A DNA stretch of 64,000 nucleotides, from positions 1 to 64,000 of the forward strand of contig PPNB01000005.1 of NCBI GenBank assembly GCA_003707115.1. The letters run 5' to 3'. Both the position numbers and the translations under genes were made by a program. Numbering within the stretch: the stretch's first letter is position 1; each line of letters starts with the position of its first letter. Positions 1-10,810 of this stretch are shown here, piece after piece. Below the pieces are notes generated by a model that worked only from the letters and a program-made list of their open reading frames with translations, was not told the origin of the DNA and searched no databases. This DNA comes from Tortispora ganteri. Taxonomy: Eukaryota.

Positions 1-192
1 AAAATCGTGAAAATCTCGAAAATCGCAAAAAACACTAAGGCTATAGCCTTGGTAAATTTTCAGATTTCACGAAAATCTTGATTTTTTAGAAATTGCTCTT
101 AAAGCCTCTAAAACGTCAGTAAATACTCAAATAACCGAACATTATGCTTAGAATACCTTCAGAGCCTCTTCTAGGCCTTTTACGCGGCTCAT
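1..192 (+). repeat. Direct repeat copy A (~190 bp; may extend left of the window)
   Basis: 47-192 aligns without gaps to 2251-2396 with 10 mismatches in 146 nt by hand count; looser similarity back to positions 1/2206; contains the palindrome AAGGCTATAGCCTT (37-50). Confidence 0.95.
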
Positions 193-759
193 GATAGTTT
201 GCCAATAAAATTGAGCAAATCGCAATACTCGTAAATGTCACCAAGAACACTGCATCGACTTTGAGAAACACGCCATCTAGGGCAAAGAAACTACATTGCT
301 TTTTAGTCTTGAGGATAGGAAGATGCACTTCCTCGTGGGTCTTGTAGCAATTCCTGTACTATTTGATCGTCGATGGTCTTGTCGGTTGGCTTTTGTTGAA
401 TCTCTGAGATTCTGGCCGGTTGGACTATGATAGCACTGGCATGCATGTACACGCGATCGATGACTTGACACCACAGGCTGTTGTCTCAAGAGCCCAATGG
501 CTAATTTTATTATTCCCGGACGCTGTTATCTTTCGATTGAGCGCATTGCTGTGTAAGTTGTTCGCGTGGTCGCTGAACGTATACGGTCGTCGACGAGCGG
601 TGAAGTAAGTCTAGTGAAGGAGAGCAAACAGTGCCTCCTATTGGCTATATATCAGGTGATATACCCTATACCCTGAATTAAAGTTGCAAGAAATCGCTGA
701 AAGGCCAAAATAACCCTGAACCCTTCCCGAGAAAACGGGAAACCCTAACCTGATTTCCA

Positions 760-1205
760 AGGGTTCTTATTGGTTGCATGTGAACTTTAACCTTAATAAG
801 GAATAACAGCCTCTAATTGGTCAGGTGTTAAACTTTAACCTTATTTATGCTATGGCCTCTGATTGGTCGATCTAAAAGCTTAACCTTCGATCGGTTCTAT
901 CGCCCTTGATTGGTCGATCCAAAAGCTTAACCTTCGATCGGATCGATCGTCTGTGATTGGTCAAACTAAAAGCTTAACCTTCGATCGGATCGATCGTCTG
1001 TGATTGGTCAAACTAAAAGCTTAACCTTCGATCGGATCGATCGTCTGTGATTGGTCAATTTAGCCCAAACCTTAATTTAAAAGTAAGGCGTCTTATTGGC
1101 TGCTTGATTACCCTAACCTGATTATGAAATTAAGCCTTCTGATTGGTCAATATTGTTTCAAACTCTAATTTTTTGAATAAACTGTGCAGCTAATTGATTG
1201 GCTAA
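760..1205. repeat. 47-bp-period tandem array of CCAAT box + TAACCT units
   Basis: ATTGG at 769, 816, 862, 909, 956, 1003, 1050, 1095, 1142, 1197; units 954-1000 and 1001-1047 are identical; outer units are degenerate. Confidence 0.95.
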
Positions 1206-2205
1206 TATAAGGTTTATATTGCCTAATCGGGGTATATTGCCTCGGCTCAAAACCTTAATTGCTAAAGATCGTCAACGGCTATAGCAATATATCTCTGTAA
1301 TACTGTATGGTTTCACTCCGCACCGAAGATGCAGTAGTTGTAGCATAAAATTAATGTCTTCGGCTAAAGTATTCACAATACTCCATTTGACGTAGCCTGA
1401 ATAACTATAATATCTTCTGCTTTCTCTCACTGCATGTTCTCAACGTACAGTGCTAGGTGCCCAGTAGGCGAAAAGATGCGCAGCCTTAAAATGCTATAAA
1501 ACCAAGCAATAATGAGCTTCCAGCAGTTTTATTAGCAATAAGTAAAACCAATAGGTGATGCTAGTAGTTTGAAAATATGTTCACGTTTGTGAGTGTCGTT
1601 TCGCCGGCATTGGAACCGAATCAACAAAATCAACGATACAAGCCCTCATGGTAGGGTAGGCAAGCAGTGCAGAAATCGGCATTTCAGGTTCATTGTATGT
1701 TAACATGCAACATCACAAAATAAGCTATATTCCAATAGTAGGAACATAAATACTCACAGCTTCGATTGCTTTTCGACAGTATTCACGACTGTTTTGGACA
1801 TTATTACAAGAATATCAAACTTGTCGAAAACTACCAAGGTTGGCCAGGGAAATAATTATAGGGCAGGCTATATATGTTCCTTCAACCTGCCACGGCAGTA
1901 TATAACCTGCTTTAATGCAATCAATAATACTCATACTATTGAAATAATAGCCAGAATATCCCTTCTAGACCGATACTCTTAGTAAAATGTAGTTGATGCA
2001 GGCGGCTACAACACAGTCTCGGACAGCTCGATCGAATCATTGCATTGCAACTAATCAGGCACAATGCCTTGAGGTTCAGAAGTTCCTTTCAACCATTAAA
2101 ACTCCACTGAATAATCGATTATTCTTCGACTATCTCTAGCACAGTTTTAAGGCATGTTTCTATTGCATTTGGCGCGGCTAGTGGCTGCTGATTAGCAGAA
2201 TCGCG

Positions 2206-2396
2206 AAAATCGTGTGCAAATGGTGGAACGGCAAAAAACACCAAAGCTAACCTTGGTAAATTTTCAGATTTCACAAAAATCTTGATTTTTTAGCAATTGC
2301 CCTTAAAGCCTCTAAAACGTCAATAAATACTCAAGTAACCGGTCATTATGCTTAGAATACCCTCAGAGCCTCTTCTAGGCCTTTCGCGCGGCTCAT
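2206..2396 (+). repeat. Direct repeat copy B
   Basis: Same alignment as copy A, offset 2204 bp. Confidence 0.95.
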
Positions 2397-2523
2397 AGCT
2401 CGCTACTAGCAGAGGTGAAGTGGACCAAGGAGACATAGATACCGTCTAAGCAATAGATCCATCTGGGTACTTTTTTCTTCGTTCATATTACAGGTGAAAT
2501 CTATTTCGCACCTTCTGCTCATT

Positions 2524-2550
2524 TGACGTCATGCTGACGTGCATATGACG
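2524..2550. promoter_or_regulatory. Cluster of CRE/ATF-type bZIP sites
   Basis: TGACGTCA (2524-2531), TGACGT (2535-2540), TGACG (2546-2550), 11 bp apart. Confidence 0.45.
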
Positions 2551-2907
2551 ACGTTTATACGATCGAACTATTGCAAGGCCAAGTAGGACGCATTTTAAGC
2601 GAGCCACATGTACACGCATTCTTCATAATCAAAGGTCATGAATTTCTAATATTCCGGTTGTTTGACACTCGCAATACTAGTAACACTCCATGTACATTGC
2701 GCTTATTCTGAACTCGATAGCGGATCCTTAACACATCTCACTGAATTACGGCGAGATGAGCAATACAAGTCGATCATTTCTCAAGCGGGTTTTAGAAAAG
2801 GTTTCAATAGCATTAAGGTAAATTCTCTCTACTTGAAGTTATACCTGAATGTCGCAAGCTTTTTATGAAGTATTCTGGCACAGCCTATAAAATATGTACG
2901 ACTAGAA

Positions 2908-2978
2908 TGATTGGGGAGCAATTATACAGTATCTTATTACCCGGATTAAACGTGCTTCGGAAGCTAGTCAACCAATCA
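2908..2978 (+). promoter_or_regulatory. Promoter of the complex I subunit gene: two CCAAT (Hap) boxes and a Reb1-type site
   Basis: TGATTGG 2908-2914, TTACCCGG 2937-2944, CCAATCA 2972-2978, upstream of a respiratory gene. Confidence 0.55.
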
Positions 2979-3023
2979 GTGACAACACAAACTTAACTTC
3001 CTTCTTCACGAATTGGTATAACA

Positions 3024-3299
3024 ATGTCAAAATACGCGTTACCAGGTGCTGTTAAAGAGCTTCGTTTTATCTTAGGTGACTCTGGTAGTTTAAGCGATGG
3101 CCTTCGCTCATTTATATTGCGGTCATATCCGACTTTGCGGAAGCATAATCCGGCAGTGCCTATTCTTGTGCGAGAAGCACAAGGAGTCGAGCCTACAATT
3201 TACGCTAGATTTGGATTAGGCAAAGAAAGCAGTGTTTCTGTTAGTGGAAAAACTGATAAAGAAATAGAGAAGCTTATTGCGCAGTTAGTTACTCAATGA
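3024..3299 (+). CDS. NADH:ubiquinone oxidoreductase subunit B8/NDUFA2 (NI8M-like)
   Basis: 91 aa with KELRF...GLRSFI...YPTLRKHNP.VPILVREA.GVEP.IYARFGLGKE, the L51/S25/CI-B8 family pattern. Confidence 0.9.
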   Translation: MSKYALPGAVKELRFILGDSGSLSDGLRSFILRSYPTLRKHNPAVPILVREAQGVEPTIYARFGLGKESSVSVSGKTDKEIEKLIAQLVTQ

Positions 3300-3400
3300 G
3301 AAGGTTGTACGGTTTGCTACCAAAATAAAATTATGTTAACGACTTTAAGTACAAAGGAATAAAGATACGAAGTACTAATGTTATAGATCAATGTATGAAT

Positions 3401-4297
3401 CTACGACGTGAACTTGTAGATACCCCATCCTAAGGAAGAAACTTGTTTCGTATAAATCAATGTGCCTACATCATCGTACGCTGCACCAACGGTGACGTAG
3501 ATCGGCAACAGATGTTCGGCTGTGGGATGCGCTTTTATTCTGTCTGCTCTCTCGAAAAGTTCCTCCATATCGGCTTCTCTTTTCTTGCCTGTGTGGGTAG
3601 TAACAGCTAGTTCAAGTGCCTTATCGAAGCTCTTAGCATACGGCAATGGGGAGCCATATAGTCCCGCCAGGTGCAGGTCTCGAAGATTGTGCACAGTCAT
3701 GCCAGATCCAACGATTATAATGTTCTCCTCCCTTAGTTTTGCTAAAGCCCTTCCCAGCTCTATTGAATAGGCCGGGCTTTCGTTATATGGCAAAGATACT
3801 TGTATGAGAGGAGTGTCTTTGAGCTTTGTTTGGGAACCAAACGCTACTCTGAAGGGGACCCAAACACCATGGTCTATACCTCTTTTCTGGAGTGCTTCCG
3901 CTTTTATTCCTTTATCCTTGAGCATGTCCACAATATGATTTGCTAATTCCGGGCTACCCTTAGTGGGAAACTTTTCCTGGTACATATAGTCCGGAAACCC
4001 ATAAAAATCGTATATCAAGGAATTATTAGCGTCCGAAGTAACTGATATTGTCCTTTCTTGCCAATGTGCAGATACAACAACTATTGCCTTTGGTTTTAGA
4101 CTGACGATTTCATCGCCTAGTTTCTGTATAGTGTCGTATGCCCCTGGTTCGCCTTGATCGCGATACATAAATGTGGGACCACCGTGTGAAAAGAAGTAGA
4201 CAGGAGTCTGAGAAATCATTGAAGATGCTGTGGTGCTAAAATATTTCGCTAAATAGGGAATACCGGTTGCTAATCCAACGGAGAGCCAGTTCCACAT
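3401..4297 (-). CDS. LigB-family extradiol ring-cleavage dioxygenase (DOPA 4,5-dioxygenase/YgiD-like)
   Basis: SHGGP, SAHW, IYDFYGFP, RGIDHGVWVP, GSGMTVHNL and AHPTAEHLLP motifs; first ATG 4297, second ATG 4219. Confidence 0.9.
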   Translation of the reverse strand: MWNWLSVGLATGIPYLAKYFSTTASSMISQTPVYFFSHGGPTFMYRDQGEPGAYDTIQKLGDEIVSLKPKAIVVVSAHWQERTISVTSDANNSLIYDFYGFPDYMYQEKFPTKGSPELANHIVDMLKDKGIKAEALQKRGIDHGVWVPFRVAFGSQTKLKDTPLIQVSLPYNESPAYSIELGRALAKLREENIIIVGSGMTVHNLRDLHLAGLYGSPLPYAKSFDKALELAVTTHTGKKREADMEELFERADRIKAHPTAEHLLPIYVTVGAAYDDVGTLIYTKQVSSLGWGIYKFTS

Positions 4298-4407
4298 CAA
4301 TATATACACAAAACAAAGAAATGATTACACAAGGAGGGATTATATGTAGTAGGCGCAAATCTAATAAGGTTGGACTGTGACCAACGAAAGCTTTTGTTTT
4401 AGGTTAT

Positions 4408-4414
4408 TGACTCA
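4408..4414. promoter_or_regulatory. AP-1/Gcn4-type site
   Basis: TGACTCA about 110 bp upstream of the dioxygenase ATG. Confidence 0.3.
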
Positions 4415-5358
4415 GGCTGACAATATAGACCGGCATTATGACATTTATAACCGGATGCAATTCCGATGCGAATCAAACGATTTCAGCTCTTGATTACTTA
4501 GATTCGCAATATAATGTACAATACCGGCCAAAGATTTTCCAGAACGGTCCTTATTCCGCTCTACACCGGCACCGTGTGCAAGTTTTTTGCGGTTGTGCTG
4601 TTAAGATAAATAAGCCCCAGTTGACTTTGAATTCCTTTCTGAAGCAAACTGTATAATGATAGATCGACCTCTTAAAAGGTATCAAGTTATAGTAAGCCGA
4701 TCCAACCTGCGTATGTATAGGCCGAGTTCAGGCCTGAAACTTAAATAGTCATTAGTTCTGAATTAGGAAGCATTGTTCCCAATGAACAGCCAATCATCAT
4801 AGTATATCATAGGCGAGAAGTGTGGACCGATAGTCACCCATGCTGAGCACGCAAGTGTTTTAGTTGTTGGTCCAAAATGAAAATAAGCTCCTTTATATAG
4901 TCTTGGATTTTTTATCAGGCCAACTGCATAACTGGGTCGGAATAAACTGACCTTACGCGTAATTTAAAGGTATTCTGTAATTGGCAAGTCCCAAAGCCTA
5001 ATCAACCCCAGACATTGGATATCAGGGAGGGTTAGTAGTAGCCCTTTCAAGCAACGTAATAGACAGTGATCCATTTGAGAGGCAAACGTTATAACTATTC
5101 CTAAAGTGTTTATATCAGACAGAATTTAGTATTAAAGCACCTTAGAGACTATAACAAAGCCTTGCAAAGGTTGGCTAGCATCTGATAGCGTGATTTATAT
5201 GTTCTTACTGCGACTAGAAGGTACCAGGCATTGATCTACTAATTGGCTGCATATAGCGAGCAGACGTAGGAACAGATACTTTTACTTTATATTTTTGTTA
5301 TCAAATTTTATAGGGAGAATTTGGCACATTGGATATAACAATTGGCTAATAACAAGTG

Positions 5359-5694
5359 ATGGGGTTAAGATACATTGTGTATTTGTCATCAGATCGCATT
5401 TACACTTGCAAGCAATGTCGAACACATCTTACCAATCACAATGACCTCGTTTCTAAGCAGTTTCGTGGTCAACATGGTGCAGCATTCTTATTTGATGCTG
5501 TCGTAAATGTTGCACAGGGATCCATAGAGCAAAGAAGGATGACAACTGGTGAGCACAGAGTACGCGATGTCAAGTGCGCTCAATGTGGCTCCTACGTAGG
5601 CTGGAAGTACGAATGGGCGGAACCGCCATCTGAGCAATATAAAATAGGAAAGTTCATCCTTGAAGCTGAACTGATAGTTCTTGTCTCCAAATAA
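5359..5694 (+). CDS. MOH1: Yippee-family zinc-binding protein
   Basis: CKQC...SKQFRGQHG.A.LF...MTTGEH.VRDV.CAQC...VGWKYE...EQYK.GKFILE. Confidence 0.92.
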   Translation: MGLRYIVYLSSDRIYTCKQCRTHLTNHNDLVSKQFRGQHGAAFLFDAVVNVAQGSIEQRRMTTGEHRVRDVKCAQCGSYVGWKYEWAEPPSEQYKIGKFILEAELIVLVSK

Positions 5695-5928
5695 TGGCAC
5701 CTCTCTTTCATTCTACAATCTCTCAATGAGTTTTATCCTTTTTTGATCCGCAACGATCACACATCCTTAGTGCGATTGCGCTAACATTGGATACTCATAT
5801 TTTATCAATAGCACTAGTTATATACATATATTGTTTGTAAGCTCTTTCTGTCTTTGATTCTCCATAGTTTTATGACCGCCGGCAAGAGACAAAACCGAAA
5901 CTTTAATTATCTACAGTTAACAATCGAC

Positions 5929-7062
5929 ATGCTCAAACTGCAATATGTATGCTCTTGTTATTTGCAGGATACGCCATTAACCGACCCTGATTTATCTGAT
6001 CTGGACTTTGAAGCTGCCAAGTGGTCATGCAATAGCCTAGCTAACTTGTTCTTCTGTGTTGAATGCCAAGCTCTTAAATGCAAGAACTGTACCTCCGATG
6101 AGATCGCGTTTGCTTACTGCCCTACTTGCTTACGTGAATCACCCGTAGAAGGAGTCTCACGATGTAAGCGCAATTGTATTTTATGCCCAGAATGTGGATC
6201 TCTTCTTACATTCTTGCAATCATCCGAGAACTCGCTGAAATTGAAGTGTCCGGGATGTCAATACACCAATGATGACCTAGAATTTTTTGTCTCAGGGTCC
6301 GGCTCATTGGTGCGTCAACTTCAAGCATACTCCTCAGAATCTTTTAGTGAACTTCTATTTAAGGCAGCAAAGCATCATGCCCAACACTCAGAAGCCTCTC
6401 GGATTTCACTATCTCCAAGTATTCCTGAATGGCCTAATTGCTCTCGACCACTGGATCAACGTAATCCTTACGAATGCCTCCCAAGACCTCCTCTATTGCG
6501 GTCGCGGCGATCTTGGAGGTGCAGGCAATGCCGATTTATTTTGGTAAAACCTGACAATAGCGCACTTGTATCTGCTGACAAGTCACAACAACAAACATTT
6601 ACCTCTGCGAGTATGAATATGGCCAAATTTAAAATCAACTTACAGGCGACTGACTATGTTCCTACGATATATGCTTATCGTCAGTCTAATACCATTATCC
6701 ATCTACTAGTTGTCAATCCTTTAACTGTGTCAATAAAACTATCTCTGTCTGTGCAGCCTTTAAAAACAATGATGCAGCCGTTAGTCATAATCTCTCCTGA
6801 TGTATCGCTGGGTCCTTGTCCAGATCGAACGTGGGAACCAGCTTATGTCACTGCAATAGTATCTGCAAAGAAAAAATCAGCGATAGAATCAGATACTGGC
6901 GTAATTGACCATGGAATTAATTGGACTCGATTGCAAGTTATTGCAAATGCACTTCCAAGCACCCAGGTGCCCATATTCGTGTCGGTGACTTATCAACTAC
7001 AGCCTGCCCCAGGAGCAGACACCGCCAAGCAAACATCGTTTTGGCTACTACTTACCCTATAA
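5929..7062 (+). CDS. Dynactin p62 (DCTN4-like) subunit
   Basis: Cys-rich LFFC.EC..LKC..C...EI...YCP.CL and RC.RNC..CPEC, plus LRSRRS.RC..CR.ILVKPD; start placed at the ATG before YVCSC. Confidence 0.85.
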   Translation: MLKLQYVCSCYLQDTPLTDPDLSDLDFEAAKWSCNSLANLFFCVECQALKCKNCTSDEIAFAYCPTCLRESPVEGVSRCKRNCILCPECGSLLTFLQSSENSLKLKCPGCQYTNDDLEFFVSGSGSLVRQLQAYSSESFSELLFKAAKHHAQHSEASRISLSPSIPEWPNCSRPLDQRNPYECLPRPPLLRSRRSWRCRQCRFILVKPDNSALVSADKSQQQTFTSASMNMAKFKINLQATDYVPTIYAYRQSNTIIHLLVVNPLTVSIKLSLSVQPLKTMMQPLVIISPDVSLGPCPDRTWEPAYVTAIVSAKKKSAIESDTGVIDHGINWTRLQVIANALPSTQVPIFVSVTYQLQPAPGADTAKQTSFWLLLTL

Positions 7063-7107
7063 CACATAATTTCTTTCTCTTTTGATGAAATATTTTCAGC
7101 ATTATGT

Positions 7108-9018
7108 TCAGTTAAGTAAAGAGTGACATGCCTCTTTCAGTTGTGAAAAATTCTCCTTCGATTTGTTGAATATGTCTTCGTACATTCGCAACACTTGCGC
7201 AGTCACTTCTGTTTTCAATTTTTTGCCATCACATATTTCCTTCAGAAATACTTCTAACTCTTTTCTCAACAGAGGCTTTGTCAGCGACTTCTCAAGGTTC
7301 ATATTGTCATATCCATCGATCAGTGCTTTGCCTAGTGCTGACGGGACTAGTTCTATGGTTCCTTGTCGTGACGCACCTCTGCTGCGTTCAGAATAGCTGA
7401 TCTGCCTATCGGTCTTTTTGTCTTTCATGAAAATGTACTCTCTCTTAATAATTGTGTCGATGTGTTCAGCCATCGTGGCATCAGTACCGATCTGATTAGC
7501 ATCCATTAACGCTATAAGCTCAGGTTCAGTGAGATAAGAAGGCGGTGCTGATTTTCCTTCGTTAAGACTTGTTGACGAAATTCCCAAATGCTGTCCTGCT
7601 GTAAGTTCAGGTAGGTCTTCGGTGGATTGCCACTTATCATATATATACACGTCCAGATAATTCCGATGGACAACTGTCAAACTTGTTTTACTGAACTCTT
7701 CCTCACCCCAATTCACTGTAACACGACGGCGGGCTCCTATAGCATTGTGAGAACAACAGGCTAGAAAATGTCGTGTAACGTACTTGTACACCTTGTAGTG
7801 GTCGTTTGATAAATCGCCCTGCACATTACATGCGCGAACCGGATGAATCGGCGGATGCGCATGATCATTATGTGATCCTTTGCGGGGCTTCAAATAGCGA
7901 TTAGGGCCAGTGTTATTAGGATCCAGCAGCATAGAGGCATAGCTTCCATACTCGCGATGTTCTTTGTGCATCATAATTAATCTCTCAAGGTCAATTTCAG
8001 GATCAAACTGATCGGTTTCTGTGCGCGGGTAAGAGATAAGCCCTTTATTGTAAAGCTCCTCGGCTATTTGTAAGATTCGCTTACTATTAAGTCCAAGGTA
8101 CTTTGAAGCAGTTTTCTGTAACTCCACAGTAGTTAAAGGAAGAGGCCTGAGTTTTTCAGTAGGTGAATTTGAGAAACTTTTGACAATTGCTTCATTGTGC
8201 AATAAGCAGTTTTCATAAATTGTTGTAGCTATTAACTTATCGTATAGCACACCCCTAGACCAACGAAACGGCAAAGACTTAGAATTATAGCTATTCGGCG
8301 GTTTGATAGAAAGCCTGATAGACCAATGTGGCTCAGGAACAAAACTTTTAATGCGATTGTACCGATCAACGACAAACCCAAGGGTAGGAAACTGACACGT
8401 TCCAAATGAGATGAGACGCTCGTTCAAAACAACACTGACATTTCTAAGCTGCAAAGTCAAATATCTCGTGAATATAGCACCGACCCTTAAATCTATCTCT
8501 CTTCTTGCAGCAACAGCCTGCGCTGCTCGTATATCCAGCTGCCCAGCTTTTTGAAATGCGTCACGGATATGTGAAGGTTCTATGTTTGAAAAATGTGCAC
8601 GAGTTACCGCAATAGATGGATTCGCATTTCGAGCACATTCAGCTATACATGATCCGATATATTCACCTTCTCGATCGCAATCAGTCCAGATCATCAGCAT
8701 GTCAGCATTCTTGGATTCTGTGCGAATATTGTCTGCTATCTTCTTCATTTTGTCATTCACTTTCTCTACAAGAGCTATTCTCCATAGCTTTTCTAAGGGA
8801 ACAGAATGCCAGTCTCTTGTGCTTTCTGGGAAATCGATATCATACAAATGACCAAGGACAGAAGTTACCGTCACATTACTGGATTGTCCTTTGTAGAACG
8901 AAATCGCGTCGTAGTTTCGTATATATTTCTCTTTCGTCTCTCTTGACCGATTCGATCCGAGCGCCTGTGCAATGGCTTTCGCTATGGATGGCTTCTCAGC
9001 TACACCGAGAATCCTCAT
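7108..9018 (-). CDS. TOP3: DNA topoisomerase III (type IA)
   Basis: VAEKPSIAK, WTDCDREGE, SFGTCQFPTLGFVV, catalytic ISYPRTET, AHPPIHP, IGTDAT. Confidence 0.97.
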   Translation of the reverse strand: MRILGVAEKPSIAKAIAQALGSNRSRETKEKYIRNYDAISFYKGQSSNVTVTSVLGHLYDIDFPESTRDWHSVPLEKLWRIALVEKVNDKMKKIADNIRTESKNADMLMIWTDCDREGEYIGSCIAECARNANPSIAVTRAHFSNIEPSHIRDAFQKAGQLDIRAAQAVAARREIDLRVGAIFTRYLTLQLRNVSVVLNERLISFGTCQFPTLGFVVDRYNRIKSFVPEPHWSIRLSIKPPNSYNSKSLPFRWSRGVLYDKLIATTIYENCLLHNEAIVKSFSNSPTEKLRPLPLTTVELQKTASKYLGLNSKRILQIAEELYNKGLISYPRTETDQFDPEIDLERLIMMHKEHREYGSYASMLLDPNNTGPNRYLKPRKGSHNDHAHPPIHPVRACNVQGDLSNDHYKVYKYVTRHFLACCSHNAIGARRRVTVNWGEEEFSKTSLTVVHRNYLDVYIYDKWQSTEDLPELTAGQHLGISSTSLNEGKSAPPSYLTEPELIALMDANQIGTDATMAEHIDTIIKREYIFMKDKKTDRQISYSERSRGASRQGTIELVPSALGKALIDGYDNMNLEKSLTKPLLRKELEVFLKEICDGKKLKTEVTAQVLRMYEDIFNKSKENFSQLKEACHSLLN

Positions 9019-9368
9019 TCCCTTTCTGTTATTCACGTCTAGGTTATATTTAATGTGACTATACAAGTCGCGCAAACATATCATATGAGTTCCATAGCAA
9101 CGATACCTTTATGCCGGTTATCGACTCTTCTACACCCACCTTTCATACCAGCTAATTCTACTTGTTAGCCATATTTTCACTACTTATTTAAAACTTATAA
9201 CGCTTATATAATTCATAAAAGACGATTGACACTCTACAATCAATATAGGCGTTTTAAGTACGTAGCCTAGATTAAGAAATAATCGGCTAATCAGTAAGGT
9301 GTGTAGTCAATAATAAACTACGAATTCCCAATACCTCCGACTCACAATTTTCGACACAATCGCTAATA

Positions 9369-10810
9369 ATGTCTACGCCACGCGCGAAACCTTGGGAAGT
9401 CACTCAAGCTCGTTCTGTTACGAGTAAGTAGTGCTATTATATAACCAGTTTATTCTTTTTTTCAACCATTTGAAGCGACTTTTTAAGAGCTTATATGCAT
9501 ATCCGAGTCATGAATTTATAGATATAAGATCTCATGGTTGACGTTTCGATTAGGGAATATACCGTGTTGTCATGGCAATGAATGAGATTAACTAACTTTT
9601 CATAATAGCTGCGGGGCAATCTCTACACACCTCGGCTTCTGCTACGCCACGAACCACTATGACAGAAAATGGTAATAATTCTACTGAATCTGGTGTCAGT
9701 ACAGCTGCGAACGGGCCAAATTTACCTTCTCGACCTGCTGGAATGAGCGATATGAGTGCTAATACCAATAACACGCGAACGGATTCCGCGTTCTCGACTC
9801 AAGTGAACCACGGAAATGCAACCGGTGGACTGGGGAACGCCTACACCAACACGTATAGCTCCGGATACGACAACTATGGCTCTGGTTATGGCGGCCTTAA
9901 TAGTGGGTACGGTACTGGATATGGAAGTTATGGTAGTAGTTATGGTGGCTATAACGCATATGGATCATATGGCGGTCTAGGAGGCTATGGCAGCATCGGT
10001 GGCTATGGTGGTTGTAATCGATTTGGAGGCTATGGCGGATATGGCGGATATGGTATGACCCAGGGAGGTATTGGACCTGATGGTCAACCTTTGGGACCTT
10101 TAGGACGGATGGAACAGTCTACACAAGCAACGTTTCAGTTACTCGAAAGTGTGGTAGGTGCTGTTGGAGGGTTTGCACAAATGCTTGAATCGACTTATAT
10201 GGCCACCCATTCGTCTTTCTTTGCCATGATGTCAGTTGCAGAACAAATGGGTCATTTGCGAAATAGTTTAGGCTCAATATTGGGGATATTTACCATCATG
10301 CGATGGGTCAAGAAACTAATTGCTAAAGTTACTGGACGAGCACAACAGGTGCCTGAACTTTCACCCGCCGAGTTTCAGAAATTTGAACAAAGCTTAGCTC
10401 AAGGTGGCAACCGTACTAACAAAGGTCAGACTAGACCTTCATTCAAGCCTCTGCTAATGTTCTTGGCAGCCGTTGTGGGGTTTCCATACCTGCTTGGAAA
10501 ATTGGTCAAGGTTATGGCTTCAAGGCAAGATGTAGTAGCTAACGACCCTTCACAACTGGAATTTTGCCGTATGTTATACGACTTTATCCCGGAGAATCCC
10601 GGTATCGAACTTGAGTTAAAAAAAGGCGATATTGTCGCTATTCTTTCGAAAGTCGATCCAATGGGCAATCGATCGCAATGGTGGCGAGCTCGAAGTCGTG
10701 ATGGCCGTAGTGGATACGTTCCTTCCACGTACCTAGAGGCTATTGAGCGAAAGCCTCAACTGCCTGGATCAATGACACCTGGAAGAGTTGTTCCTGCACC
10801 AGAAATGTGA
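9369..10810 (+). CDS. PEX13: Peroxin 13, join(9369..9423,9609..10810), 418 aa
   Basis: Exon 1 MSTPRAKPWE carries the KPWE motif; YG-rich region; TFQLLESVVGAVGGFAQMLESTYMATHSSFFAM; C-terminal SH3. Confidence 0.95.
9424..9608 (+). other. Spliceosomal intron of PEX13 (185 nt, phase 1)
   Basis: GTAAGT at 9424, ACTAAC at 9591-9596, TAG at 9606-9608; splicing joins the KPWE exon in frame. Confidence 0.9.

Noticed and set aside
760..1205. CRISPR-like array
   Set aside because: Whole 47-bp units are duplicated with no unique spacers; eukaryotic context; no cas genes
2170..2410. Helitron-type CTAG ends near repeat B
   Set aside because: No convincing GC-rich hairpin together with an A|T insertion context
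116..2868. Short ORFs (62-70 aa) in the first 2.9 kb as genes or transposase remnants
   Set aside because: Non-ATG starts and no recognisable motifs
3024..3299. Absence of the two cysteines of mammalian NDUFA2
   Set aside because: These residues vary among fungal orthologues as far as I recall; cannot call it unusual without an alignment
5221..5356. 5'-UTR intron of MOH1 (GCTAAT...AAG before the ATG)
   Set aside because: No canonical GTAAGT/GTATGT donor nearby
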